DNA of 62,157 nt, filler included. It is 11 parts of 11 records of this genome, joined end to end, with 100 filler letters (N's around TTAATTAATTAA, not from the genome) between each part and the next. Parts side by side here need not be neighbours in the genome. Positions count along the whole stretch, not along the records: positions 1 to 13,217 come from SRR7504441_8841; 10 more parts are not named here. One strand, written 5' to 3'. Each line of letters opens with the position of its first letter. Within the stretch, counting starts at the first letter, position 1. The translations under genes and the position numbers were made by a program. Positions 1 to 11,357 of this stretch are shown piece after piece. Below the pieces are notes generated by a model that was given only the letters and a program-made list of their open reading frames with translations, was not told where the DNA came from and did no database searches.

Positions 1-403
1 GAGAGAGCCAACGGGCCGGCCACTAGAGGTCTCTAGCAAGGGAGCATGTAGGCACAGACCCCGGCACCAACAGGACGGGAGCTCGCGCACCATGGTTGAA
101 GAGTTGTCGAACGCAGGCCCAGTAACAAAACCCCCAAAACAGTTCCTGAAAAGGAAGGTTGTTAACGGCTCAAAAAAGAGTGGCAGGATGGCTCACACGG
201 TGCCCAGACAGTATGCTCTCGGCGTTCATGCAGTAGTTTAATCGGTAAGGACGTCGTACTACGTATAAAAATATCCTAAATCTGAACTTAGTGAACTCTT
301 GTCTTGTCTTCTCCGTCCTTTCGTTCGTGAGTCTCAATCGGTGCACGGACACGTGGGGTCGTCCGCACCCGCAGCTGTGCGGCATATGGCCTGCAGCGGC
401 CCT

Positions 404-1616
404 CTAGGCGGCGTGCCCTGCGACTGGTCCGCCATTGATCAGCGGATTCTCGATCTGGCATGCATTCGAGCCGCGCTTGATCTTGAAGTAACCCTTGTCG
501 CCCCAGCCCTCGTTCCAGCTGTTGGCCACCAGCCAGTACGGGGTGCCGCCTTCGGTGCCGTAGCCCATGATCTTGATCGCATGGCCTCCGAGCATTGGCG
601 AAACGAGCTTCGGGGTGTAAACACCAGACTTGTAAGCGAGGAAGTCCTGCTTCACAAAGAACATGCCGGTGATCGGGCCTGCAGCACAGCTCAACCAGCC
701 CGAAACTGGGGGCCGCACCGTTCTGGTAGATATCTTGGGCCATCGCCTCAGCGCACGCGCCCTCCAGCATACCTAGTCGAAGGTCAATTAACATATTGCG
801 CACGCGCCCTCCAGCATACCTTGCTTGCATACCGAGTATCCCGCACCGCCGCGCTTCTTGCTAGCCTCCCAGCCCTTGGAGTTCTCGCACTTGCGGGCGC
901 ACCCGGGCGCGTGGGTCGAGTCGGGGCAGGCCGGGTACTTGGATCCGTTGATGTGGTGCGCACAAGGCGCTAGCTGGTACGACCAGCATCCGGACTTGTC
1001 ACCAAAGTTGCCGCCATCGACGATTCCGAAGGTGTGGTAGTAGGAGTAGACGGTGGACGGGACCCCGCCACTGCACCCCATGTCGCCCAGGTGGTCGCAC
1101 GAGGTCACATCCTGCGCCGAGAGGTGGGTATATTTGCCGGCGAGGCACGACCGATCGGACATTGCTTCCACTGACCCAAAGGCCCAGCACGAGCCGCAGT
1201 TGGACTGGTCTCGGATCTCGGAGATGGACGGGCAGCTGGCCGCCCGCTTGTCGGTCCGCCAGTCGAACTCGGCGGGGATGTCGACAGGGGCCAGCTGCTT
1301 GTACGGCAGCCAGCTGGTCCTGTCCGTGTTCTGCAGGGTGCCCATCAGCCGCTTGGCGTCAGCGAGCGTGGCGTTGGCGAAGCGAGGGTTGGCGCCGGCC
1401 TCCCACCCGGCCCCGGACGCCTGGACGTCTCGGATCAGCTGGTCGGTTACAGCGGGCAGGTGGAGGTCGGTGAACAGTTCGCCGTGAGTCGACCAGTCCT
1501 GCAAGAGCGGCCCTGGCCCCAGGCTGAGTCGGGGTGGAGGCCGAGGGAGTGCCGTTGGTGATGGTAGGCGCAGCCAGACAGGCGGCCAAGCAGCCGGCGA
1601 GGATCAGAAGGCGCAT
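404..1616 (-). CDS. CTSB: Cathepsin B-like papain-family (C1A) cysteine protease, secreted, 3 introns (1513-1552 GC-AG, 773-819, 679-718)
   Basis: Signal peptide MRLLILAGCLAACLA; IRDQSNCGSCWAFG active-site Cys; occluding loop CAHH; GGHAIKIMGYG and YWLVANSWNEGWGDKGYFKI. The three introns restore one continuous frame. Confidence 0.95.
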
Positions 1617-1723
1617 GTCGATATTGGCGGTTTCAAGCCCCGGGAAGAGGCGTTGAAGCCGGGATATAACGGTCTGCCCGTTCCGTTACTAACGGCCACG
1701 CGAAGAGGAGGTCCAGCGGGACA

Positions 1724-3809
1724 ATGCACAGGGTCCAGCTGCCGTTCCCGGACCTCAGCTCGTCCCCGGGCTCACGTGCCCCCCGGCCCCGCCCGCCCGG
1801 CTCACCCCCTGGGGCCAGTGAGCCCCTCGCCGGCTGGGGGGACGGACGCGGCTAAGTTACACATGCTCAAGCTACAAATCCAAGCTCTGCACAGCAAAGG
1901 CGCCCGGCCGGTCGGCTGGCCGGCCGAGCCCGGGGCCAGGCTGCGACGCGGCCACGATGAAGCAGTTCATCTCCCAGCTCGGGCCCAACGACAAGCAGAG
2001 CCTGCTCCGCGAACTGGGAATCCGGCGCCCGCCGCCCAAGCCGGCCACCGGCCCATCCCCGAGCACCTCGCCCACCACCGCGCTGATCATGCAGCACGCC
2101 GACGACGAGCACTTCCCGGCCTTTGTTCGGCGACACGAGAACGCCTTTGGAGAGTACGAGCACTCGGCCTCGTCGAGCCCGCGAAGCCCGCAGGCCGCGC
2201 ACTCTGGATTGCTCGACCGGCATCAGAACGCTTACCGACGCGGAGAGACGCCCCGCGAGAGCAGGAGCGACCGGCCGGCCGTGTCGAACGACCAGGCGCA
2301 AGTCACATCGCCAGTGCTGCTGTTCCGCAAGTGCGGGCCGCCGTGGGCCGGGCCGCTGACTGTGAGTGTGGCAGGTACGCCAACTGCAAGATGGTCCGCC
2401 GACTGATCAAATCGAAGAAACATTACCACGGCAACCGGGAGTACTTCATGCTCCGACCCACGGTGTGCGCCCGCCGGCCCGCAGTGCCAGCCTTTGGCAG
2501 GTCGGGCTCTTGGGAGGATTCCGGTACCACGTGATGCTCGTCCTTCACACCTGGGAGCAATGGCGGGCCTACCAGCGCGCTGTCCAGGCCCCGGTGCCCC
2601 CGCCCCATCGCCCGGCTGACCGCGCGACAGCCGCCGGAGCCTAGCGAAGATCTGCAGCTGATGGCGAGATGCGTTGGCTACTGGCGGAACCGCCAACTGG
2701 CTATGGCTTGGGCACGCTACCGCGACTGGTATGTCGACTTGCAGGAGCGCAAGGGCGTGCTCCGGATGGCGATGCTCCGTTGGCTCAAAAGGGCGCGTGC
2801 GCGCTCCGGGCTGACAGCTGACGGGTGCCGTGCAGGTGATAGCGTCTGGCTGGAACTCCTGGCGAGCGCATTACATGGAGCTGCTCCGCCAGCGCCAGGT
2901 GCGGGCCGGTGCCGGGCGGTGGCTCAGCTGGCGGGACCAGGTTGCGAGCAAGGCAGTGCTGCGGTGGAGAAACCGGCTGCTGTCTGCCGCATTCAACACA
3001 TGGTACGACTATTTGCTAGAAAAGCTCCGGCAGCTGCAGCTGGCTCGCAGAGGACTGGCCATGTGGATCAACAGGCGGATCGCGATGGCTTGGAACAGCT
3101 GGCGGGCCGCAGCAGACGAGCTCAGGAGGCAGCAGCGGCTTGTGGCAGCGGCTGTGCAGCGGATGCGGAACAGGCTGCTTTCAGCTGCGTGGAACACCTG
3201 GTTTTCGATGCTCGAGATGGCGCGCAGGCTGGAGCAGAACAGGCACATTCTAGACAAATGGACCCACCTGCAGCTCTGGAATGGGCTCGCGCATTTTGTC
3301 GACAAAATCCACTGTACTCGTGGCTGACCGGCAGGCTCTGAGTGTGGCCTGGCAGGGGCCGCAGAGACACAGCACCTAGTGCACCACGGCGGGGTGCTAA
3401 GCGTTCACTTTTCGAAGCTGCTGTCTATGGAGAGGGTGTTTGCGCCGTGGAGGCATTCGGTCTGTCTCAAGAGGCAGGCGTTTGCACGGTTCAGGGCAGT
3501 GGAGAGCGAACTAATCAGCGAGCTCAAGGGCGACACCCGCCGAGTGTTCCTGTGCAACCCTTCGAGCAGCACAAGCAAGCTGCGCGAGTGCGTCCAGCTG
3601 GCCGGGCTGTGCTGACGAGTGCTGGCAGGACATGGGAGGCCGGGATGGAGGCAGCTGAGGGAGGGATGAACAAGTTCCAGGAAAATTACAGTCCGTACAC
3701 CCGGACTCACACGCTGGTGGATCAACTGAAACACACCTACAACAATCCACCCACCGGAGTTACGCTATCGCCACCTCCGTCTCCACAATCTCCCCTGCAG
3801 ATCCGGTGA
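1724..3809 (+). CDS. Sfi1-like Trp-repeat (putative centrin-binding) protein, at least 7 introns; 3' end approximate
   Basis: Regularly spaced repeats such as VLRWRNRLLSAAFNTW, LAMWINRRIAMAWNSW and VQRMRNRLLSAAWNTW. Introns 1776-1818, 1900-1939, 2331-2374, 2463-2500, 2594-2630, 2793-2835 and 2899-2940 join the ORF fragments in frame. Confidence 0.6.
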
Positions 3810-4148
3810 GTTGAGTGGATCCACTCGCGAGTAAGTCCCAAGTACTCGTACATAAGTCAGCTTTTGAGCAATGTGCACAAAATCTCGCTTTTGTACGAGT
3901 GCTTGCGTGCTATGTAGGGTACTGAGTACCCTATCTAGAAATCTGTTCAGTTTCGACAAGTTATGTACAATACTTAATGTAATTTAATTAAACGAACAGC
4001 TAAATGAAATACGAGTACGACGTCATCAACATCGTATCATCAGAATACAATCATGTAATTCTCATCAGAGTACCATCAAGCAGTTGGCTTGATGATAGCG
4101 TGATAGCTTGATGACACGATGTTAAATTCGTACACGGGGATAAAATCG

Positions 4149-6134
4149 TCATCTTGGCGTCGGTACGTCAGATAGATTCAGAACAGGCCTCGGTCCGGTT
4201 AGCGCAGCAATGAGAGTTCCAGATCCAGTCTCCGGACACGAAGTCGTCGGGGATGCCACTTGACCAAGCAGTGTGCAACTGATACTGCTCGGCTTCTCCA
4301 GCCACTTTGGCAGCGCATCTGTGGCCACAAAGATGTTTTCACACCTCTGATCTCGTTTGCAGGCGAGGAAGCATGCCTGCAGCGTCGTTGCGGACGCATC
4401 ATTCCGACTGTACCCATCATCGGCACGGCAGCTCTTGAACTTTCCGTGATACGGAGCAAACACGCCAAGCTGGAAGCCGAACGCCACAAACGAAGTTGCG
4501 TCCATCCGCACAGTCCAATTGGCAGCTAGCGCTGAGGGTGCGCTGGCATTGGTGAATAAGTCAACCGGGACTAGATGGCCGGCCAGCAGTGCGTCCGGCA
4601 GCATTGAGAGGTCCACAGTCAGGTTTTGGGCCGCATTTGGATTGAACAAGACCACCGCTGCATCGCCGTGCGGACCCAAGCTGTCATGCTTGAGGTACGC
4701 AAGAGCCCCGCCCGAGGAGGCCGCTCCAGCTGCCGCCACTGGGAGCTTTGTCCGCAGCGCCAGTCGATTCAACGCCCGGTTCCTAGCAAAGCCCCAAAGG
4801 GGAGACTCTTCACCATCGTCCCTGAATGGGTCCATTGTGACGTTCCAGGATCCTGGTGCCTGGCCGAACACGGCCGTTGGGGATTTCTGGTGCTCGCTCA
4901 GGATACCGGAAGCTGCCTCGAGCGCGACCCACAAACGATACTCGCCCAGGCGCTCCATGGGGTAAGTCGGTCCCGTGTCTCTGTAGTAGAGGGTAGGGCA
5001 TGCGCCAGGCTGCTTGCCGTCTAGCCCGGGATGCAGGTAGCAGATCAAGCTGGCAGCATCTCCGCCGCTGTCGGCAACAACCTCCTCGATCGAGTCTAAA
5101 TCTCCGGCCTGCACCGCATCTTGGAGTGCCTGCGTGTAGGCTGCACTGGCTTTGGTCCCGGGCAGCTGAAAGTTATGTGTAATCGCGTCGTCCCAGGAGG
5201 CGCAGTCCTCGCCCGAGAGCACCACCTGCGGCTGACTCTCGCGCACTTTGCCAATTATCTGGTTGTAAAAGATGTACTCCGTGCCGCCGGGCGCCCCGTA
5301 GTCCGAGTTAGTCCCAGGAGCGCACGGCGACTGAAACGAGGTGTCAACAATCCACCCGTCGATCCCGAGATTGCGGCTCCAGCTGTTGGCGAGCGCGTCG
5401 GCCAGGTAGTCTGCGTACTCCTTGTGCCCAGGGTTGGCATTCACTGATTGGATGCATTCTCCCGCACCCTGCCTGCAGCCCATCTTGGTGTCGTCGAAGC
5501 ACGTAGACCGGTTGCTTCGCCCCAACGTGCAGTTGCCCGCAACCGAACCAAACGACCCTTGTGCACACACTTTTCGGCCCGACTGGTCCTCGAAACAGGT
5601 GTTCCGGTACCCATACGAAGGGTTGGTCGGATCTGACTGGTTACCTAGCCACTTGCCCGGACACACAGCCAGCTCCGATCCGGCGGGAGCGTAGGAGAAG
5701 AACCGACCCACCTCCGAGTCCGGATCGGCTCGGGCTTCGGCCCACACCTGCCCCTGGGTGGACCAGTACGCGAAATTGCTCCACCACATCAGCCGGACCG
5801 GCCGGATCTCGGCGAGCATCTGCTGCCACTCCTCCAGGCTGCCCTCGCCGGCCGGGAAGGTGCCGTTGATGTGGTCACACAGCGCCAGGCCGCCGTACCA
5901 GTAGCCCACGCATTTGTCCTTCTTCTGGGGCCCGACCAGCTGCACTACCGACACCCCTGCCTTCTTGGCCGCCAGCCCGAACGCACGGAGCTCGGCGATG
6001 GTGCTGAATGGGTGATCCACGATGCGGATGGCCTGCTGGTGCCAGCTCTGCGGCTGATCTACCCACCGAAGGTCGGGGTGAACCGCGACGCCGGCGGCCC
6101 AGCCCACCAGCACCAGCTGCAGGCAGCAGCGCAT
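4149..6134 (-). CDS. Secreted glycoside hydrolase of alpha-amylase (GH13)-like fold with C-terminal PAN/apple-like Cys module
   Basis: Intronless ORF; signal peptide MRCCLQLVLVGWAAG. IDGWIVDT and VLSGED resemble the GH13 catalytic Asp and Glu regions. VVLFNP beta-sandwich; TTLQACFLACKRDQRC. Confidence 0.5.
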   Translation of the reverse strand: MRCCLQLVLVGWAAGVAVHPDLRWVDQPQSWHQQAIRIVDHPFSTIAELRAFGLAAKKAGVSVVQLVGPQKKDKCVGYWYGGLALCDHINGTFPAGEGSLEEWQQMLAEIRPVRLMWWSNFAYWSTQGQVWAEARADPDSEVGRFFSYAPAGSELAVCPGKWLGNQSDPTNPSYGYRNTCFEDQSGRKVCAQGSFGSVAGNCTLGRSNRSTCFDDTKMGCRQGAGECIQSVNANPGHKEYADYLADALANSWSRNLGIDGWIVDTSFQSPCAPGTNSDYGAPGGTEYIFYNQIIGKVRESQPQVVLSGEDCASWDDAITHNFQLPGTKASAAYTQALQDAVQAGDLDSIEEVVADSGGDAASLICYLHPGLDGKQPGACPTLYYRDTGPTYPMERLGEYRLWVALEAASGILSEHQKSPTAVFGQAPGSWNVTMDPFRDDGEESPLWGFARNRALNRLALRTKLPVAAAGAASSGGALAYLKHDSLGPHGDAAVVLFNPNAAQNLTVDLSMLPDALLAGHLVPVDLFTNASAPSALAANWTVRMDATSFVAFGFQLGVFAPYHGKFKSCRADDGYSRNDASATTLQACFLACKRDQRCENIFVATDALPKWLEKPSSISCTLLGQVASPTTSCPETGSGTLIAALTGPRPVLNLSDVPTPR

Positions 6135-6319
6135 CGCTTCGACGACAGTGGACTTGTACTTGTAACGGACGCACCTCGAACGCATCACCCTCGAACGCGC
6201 ACCCCCTGTGATGTCGCGGCCGCTGGGGGTGACGGTGCTGCCGGACCACGGGAACCGCTACCAGCGCCGATCTGGCCGTTTTAAATTATTGCCAGACTTG
6301 ACCCGACCGGTCTCGAGCA

Positions 6320-7558
6320 ATGCACACGGGCCGCGTACACCTGGCGGCGGGCTGTGCTGCTCTGGTTGGCAGCCACCGCGCCTGGAGCCAGCAGGCCGAT
6401 GCTCGGCCGTACCGGGTCCTGCTCGTGGGGGCTGGGCTGACCGGCTGCCTCACGGCGGCTCGTCTCCGGCGCGACTGGCCGCACAGTCGGCCGCTCGAGC
6501 TGGTGGTCTGGGAGCGGGCTAGCTACCCGGCCGGCCGGTTCGGCGCTAGCTTTGCGCACCCGAGCGGGAGCCTGGCGGATCTCGGGGCCCAGGTGCTCTC
6601 AGTCGTGGAGCCGGACGGGGAGCACGCGCACTGCGGGAGCGGGGAAGGGCACAACATCCCGCAGCGGGCGATCCAGGCGGCCCGGGAGGAGGTGGGCAGG
6701 TTGGGGCTGGAGCTGGCCCGGGGGCTGGCCCCGTCCGAGCAACGAATGCTCTGGGAAGGGATCTGGCGGCACTACACAGCCCCGGGGACCTTGGGCGGCC
6801 TGCTGCGCCGGTATTTAGACCAGGCCGCCCCGACCGCTGTGCGCTTCGGGACTAAGTTGACCTGTTTGGAGCGGAGGGCCGACGGCTGGTTGGCGGGGGG
6901 AAGCTCGCGGGCGGATGGGCCGGTGAGCTGCGGCGCGGATGCAGTTGTTGTGTGCGTGCCAGCTCCGGACGCTCTGGCTGTGAGAGGGCTTGGGGAGCTG
7001 CTGCCGGCCTGGGGGCGGCACGTGCTGGCCCGAGTTGAGTACGACTCGCGTGCTGCGGTGGCGGTATGCTACCTGCCGGAGTGCGCGCCGGAGATAAGTC
7101 GAGCGTTTGGTGGGGCGACAGAACTGGAGGTTGCAGCTGCAGCGCCGCAAAGGATCCAACTGCTGAGCAGGCAGGCGGCCAAGCGGCCTGAGCCCGGCGG
7201 CTGCCTGCTAGTGGGCCACACACCCAGGCTGTACTCGGATAGAGATCAGGCCTGCCCTGCTTGGTGGGAGCCGGGTCTGCTCGAGGAGGCTGTGCACAGC
7301 GCAGTGTCGACGATCACAGGCAGAACCGCTGAGTACTGGCGTGAGCGGTCGATGCCGCCCGGCAAGGCGGTGGTGTGGCGAGTGTCTCAGCTGATGAGGC
7401 CGATGGAGTCAGTTGTCGATCCGGTGCCTCCGGTTCAGTGCATCTGTGCCGAGGGAGGGCTCGTGCTCGCGGGGGACTATATGACCCAATCGTCCTTCCT
7501 TGGCTGTATGGCCTCGGCGATGGCTGCTGCTGACGCGGTGATCGAGGAAGCATCTTGA
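6320..7558 (+). CDS. Renalase-like FAD/NAD(P)-dependent oxidoreductase
   Basis: VLLVGAGLTG Rossmann motif, WERASYPAGR, DLGAQ, C-terminal LVLAGDY...GCMASAMAAA. Confidence 0.8.
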   Translation: MHTGRVHLAAGCAALVGSHRAWSQQADARPYRVLLVGAGLTGCLTAARLRRDWPHSRPLELVVWERASYPAGRFGASFAHPSGSLADLGAQVLSVVEPDGEHAHCGSGEGHNIPQRAIQAAREEVGRLGLELARGLAPSEQRMLWEGIWRHYTAPGTLGGLLRRYLDQAAPTAVRFGTKLTCLERRADGWLAGGSSRADGPVSCGADAVVVCVPAPDALAVRGLGELLPAWGRHVLARVEYDSRAAVAVCYLPECAPEISRAFGGATELEVAAAAPQRIQLLSRQAAKRPEPGGCLLVGHTPRLYSDRDQACPAWWEPGLLEEAVHSAVSTITGRTAEYWRERSMPPGKAVVWRVSQLMRPMESVVDPVPPVQCICAEGGLVLAGDYMTQSSFLGCMASAMAAADAVIEEAS

Positions 7559-7981
7559 TTTGGTTGCGGACTTTCGTTGATGCGTGACCGTGCTATGAAT
7601 CGAAGCTGTGATTGTGTGGACAGTTATATTATGTAACATAAAATTTGGCCCAGGGCCGTCTCGGGGCCAGGGCTACCTATAGGCCAGGGCTTTAAGGGAT
7701 ACCGATCACGGTGTTATCTTTATAGCCGGCCGTCTGCATCACTGCGTCTCCCCTAGGGGTACATGGACACTTTTTAATACCAAGCCTCGATTTACAGTCT
7801 ACATGACATTGTATTCAGTTCGGGTAGCGCGCAGCCGCTCCCAACAATCGTACAACAATCGCATGGGGCCTTGCGGTACTGCTGCACCGGCGCGATCCCA
7901 CCATCAGCAGGGAGCGAGAAGGTCATCACATTGCCTGTAGAGCTGGCATACCAGGCCCAGTCTGCAGCACCCTGCTATAGA

Positions 7982-9948
7982 TCAACCGAACACTTCTTCA
8001 AATGCGCCAATGTTCGTCTGATTCGCAGTATTGTCCAAAACGGCAAAGATCACGTTGGTAAACATCCCACTGAATTCTCCATTCAGGAGATCTCTGAACC
8101 CTCGAGCTACGTGATAAGGCTCGTTCCCGAATACGCCACACCCAAATGCGCCCAGCACCAGATTTTGGTGACCATGCCGCGCTGCTACAGCCAGGACCTG
8201 CCGGCAGATTAGTCAGCGACCTGCTGGCTACGCACTTGATGCAGCCGTCCGAACAGCGCCTTTTGCAATTGGTCGTGGTGCTCGGCTCCGCGCCGGTTTG
8301 ACGTTGGGCCCACTTTGCGGTGCTCTTTGGCATTCGGAGCTGGAGCGGTGATAAAGCTCGCAACAAAGGGCTCCTCAAGCAGCTCGTTGTCCAGTCTAAA
8401 TATGGGCACATCCGGCGAGTATATGGCCATATCTGTGTAAAGAAATCGGCTGGCTCCACCAAGAGCGCGGTGATACTCGTAAAACTCCCCGAAGAATGTG
8501 TCCAGGCAAGGGTGTAAACCACTCGCTCGGCACAGAGCTTCCTCCTGGGCCTGAGCACCGCTGGTAAAGCCCCCGCCTGGGTTATTGGCACTCGCAAAGT
8601 TGAGCACGGCGATGCGTTCGATCTCAGATTTGACCACCATCAGGTAGGCCGCTTCTATAGTATCCATGTTGAGCACCTGCGCACCCAGGTCAGCTGCCGT
8701 GGCGTGTGTCCGGTGCTGCCTGGCAGTGGAGCTGCCGGTGGAGACTCGGGTTAGAGACCTTGCCCAGCTTGCGGTGCAGCCTGCTCCCGCTCACCGCAGC
8801 CTCGAGCAGGTTGGTCAGATCGACTTCCCGGCTCACCATGGCCTCCCCATCGTCGACCTCAACTGAATAGCTGCCCCGGGCCAGAATCTCAACCGTCTCC
8901 TCTGCTATCGCCTTGAGCTGTGGCCGCCGGACTCTCTCCTTGGTCCGCTTATGTGATACATTCACAAACACCGGGCACTGCTCTGCGTCGGGCTCGACTA
9001 ACCTCGGCTCCTCTGCTTCGGGCTCGACACTGTCCTCCTCTGGAGGGGCAGCGAGGCAGCTGGGCGTGAGCAGCTCTTCCATCAGAGCCAGTCTAGCCTC
9101 TCCGACCCCGTTTGGGGCCATCACGGCCGGGCGCAGCTTTGCGAGCCACACCTTAGCCTGCTCGGGAGTGCACCCGAGGCCCCGCATTACCAAATAGCCA
9201 AAGCTGCCGGTCCGGTGCAGTCCGGCCGAGCAGTGCACGAGCAGCCCTGCGCCCGCCTGCAGCAGCGCGCATGCCTGTCGACTGGCGGCCAGCATCCGCT
9301 CGCCATGCGCCGCTAACGTGTCCAGCTTGGCGCCTCGCAGATCGACACCGAGCCACTCGAGCCCGACTCGCCGGCACTCTCGCTCAACTGCCACCCAGTC
9401 AGCCGACAAGGCCCGGGCAGGCACTGTGCGGGGCGCCCTCCGACTCGGCAAGCAGCGAGACCACCGCTGTCACCTGCCGATATGCTCAGTCGGAGGCGCA
9501 GTGTTGGCCGCACCCCGGCCCGGCGCAGGGGCTCAAAATACTTATCCCCGGGCCGGTGCCAGAGCGCCAGCCGGCCCGACGGCCCCAGGCTCTCCAGTGG
9601 GAGTAGGACGAAGTCGTCCGGTAATGCCGTGGACGTAGTGACCCCACCTGGGCTTTGAGCGAGCAGCAGAGTCAGCTCGTCGGGCGCCGCGTCCAGCAAC
9701 GGCTGATCGAGCAACGTCCCGTCCAAGAGCATGAGCACCGGCCGGGGGCCGCCCTTCCGGAGCTTGATGAGCCGCTTGTTCTTGTTGGCCGCCAGGCAGG
9801 CGCGGAAGATTGGGTCGAGTTGGGCCTGGAGCGGCCCGAGCGGCACAGTGCGCTTCGGGTGGTCCCGGGCGGCCACGCTCACGCGCACGGTCCGCTGGGC
9901 GGCCTGCAGGGCGCTGGTCGCGCCGACGCAGTCCGAGATGTTCGGCAT
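7982..9948 (-). CDS. Fusion: N-terminal unknown (ubiquitin-like?) domain + Cys-dependent tyrosine/dual-specificity phosphatase + microbial-type PARG macrodomain (TIGR02452-like); 4 introns
   Basis: VHCSAGLHRTG (CX5R); VLNFASANNPGGGFTSGAQAQEEALCR; YSPDVPIFR; ITAPAPN; LVLGAFGCGVFGN. Introns 9474-9513, 9388-9424, 8677-8719 (GC-AG) and 8198-8235 give one frame. Confidence 0.85.
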
Positions 9949-10084
9949 GTGTGCTCCTCTTCTTGTGTGTGCAGGCCCACGCTGAGGCCACGCTGCTGAA
10001 CCACCTCTGCACCACCCACACTCTTGCCAGATTCCCCAGAACCGTTACAGCAAGATGGTCCACTGGACGCGAGGCGCTGGGGCA

Positions 10085-11357
10085 ATGGCTGAGGCCCGAG
10101 CCCGGATCGCGGCCCAGACCGAGCTGCTGCGGGCCGAGACCACCCAGCCACGCGTCTCTTCACTCCCTGGGCGCGAGGTGGCCGCCCAACCTACGCGAAT
10201 AGAGGCCAAGGTGCCCTGCGCCCGGCCCGCCCTCGGCTCACCTCCCTGCGCAGCCGGCCGCCGGAGGGATCCAGGGGCTCCTTGCCAGCGTCCAGGAATC
10301 GCCCACCGCGTATGACTACGCCGGCTACACCGCGACCGACGCTCGGGCCGGCCGGAGTTGGGAGTACGCCGGCTGGACCCGGGACGGCTGGGTGGTCGAA
10401 CACGATCCCGCCCCGCCCGGCCCGGCCCTGGCCAGCCACACTCGGGCCCCGGCAGAGGCTACGGTGGCCTGCGGCCAACGTCAGTCTGACCGCCGGCAGA
10501 ACTTCCAACGGGACTTTGAGGAGCACAGACTGGCCATGCAGCGGCTCCGGGACGGGCCATCGGCATCCCCCAGCCCCGCGCCGGCCGACGAGCCCGCGCC
10601 GGAGCCGGAGCCCGAGTCATCGCCGGAGCCGGATGCTGCTGTGCCGCCCGGGTGCCCGGTGGCTGGTGGAGGCTGAGGCTAGAGACAGGTACGAACAGCT
10701 TAGGGTGGACTTACTCGGATTTCTAGAGGAAGTGGTGTTCCAGCCCGGTGCGGCCGAGCCGGCGCTGCTCGGGGGGCTGCCGGGCGCCAGCGACGAGGTG
10801 CAGCTAGCGGGTGGGCAGCCTCCGAGTGGGGGGACAGTCCCGGCCTGCAATGCAGCGCCGACCGAGGCCGGAGAAGCCTGCACCCCCGGCGCCAGTGGGC
10901 TGCCGCTCGGTGCACGCAGATGCGAACGAGACGCTGATTAGCAGCAACCGGCACTCTTGGTGTCCACGGCACTGTGCCAGTTCTGACGGCTGCCAGGATT
11001 CGAGTCAAGAAGCCGCCTGCACCCGAGCCTGAGCCTGAGCCTGAGCCAGAGGATCAGGGAGAGAAAGTAGTTGTGATGCTCGGTGCGCCGGAGCTGGCGG
11101 GTCGGGGCAATGCGGGCGGTGCAGGGATGGGCGGGAGTTCGTTCGTGCAGTCGCTGGAGTATTTCACCAAGTCGTGCAAGGTGCGAGTGACTACAGAGTC
11201 GGGTAAATCTTTCATGTTCCACAACGTCGATTCGGAGTTTATTGATTCGTACAAGGCGCAGCTGGCGATCGGGACAGCCCCCGGCGATCGGGTGATGCCG
11301 GAGTTGTTTACGACGTCGACGGAATTTGACAGCAACCTGAGCACGCAAAATATCTAA
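10085..11357 (+). CDS. Hypothetical intron-containing protein with PEPE low-complexity tracts
   Basis: Successive coding-like ORF pieces separated by ~40-nt GT/GC-AG intervals, ending at TAA 11355-11357 before an AT-rich spacer. Confidence 0.5.

Noticed and set aside
7647-7690. Three GGCC(C)AGGGC copies in an intergenic spacer
   Set aside because: Too short and not seen elsewhere as an element.
7790-7975. Short minus-strand frame (GAADWAWYASS...PCDCCTIV) just after the PARG stop
   Set aside because: No convincing start or splice link; may simply be 3' UTR.
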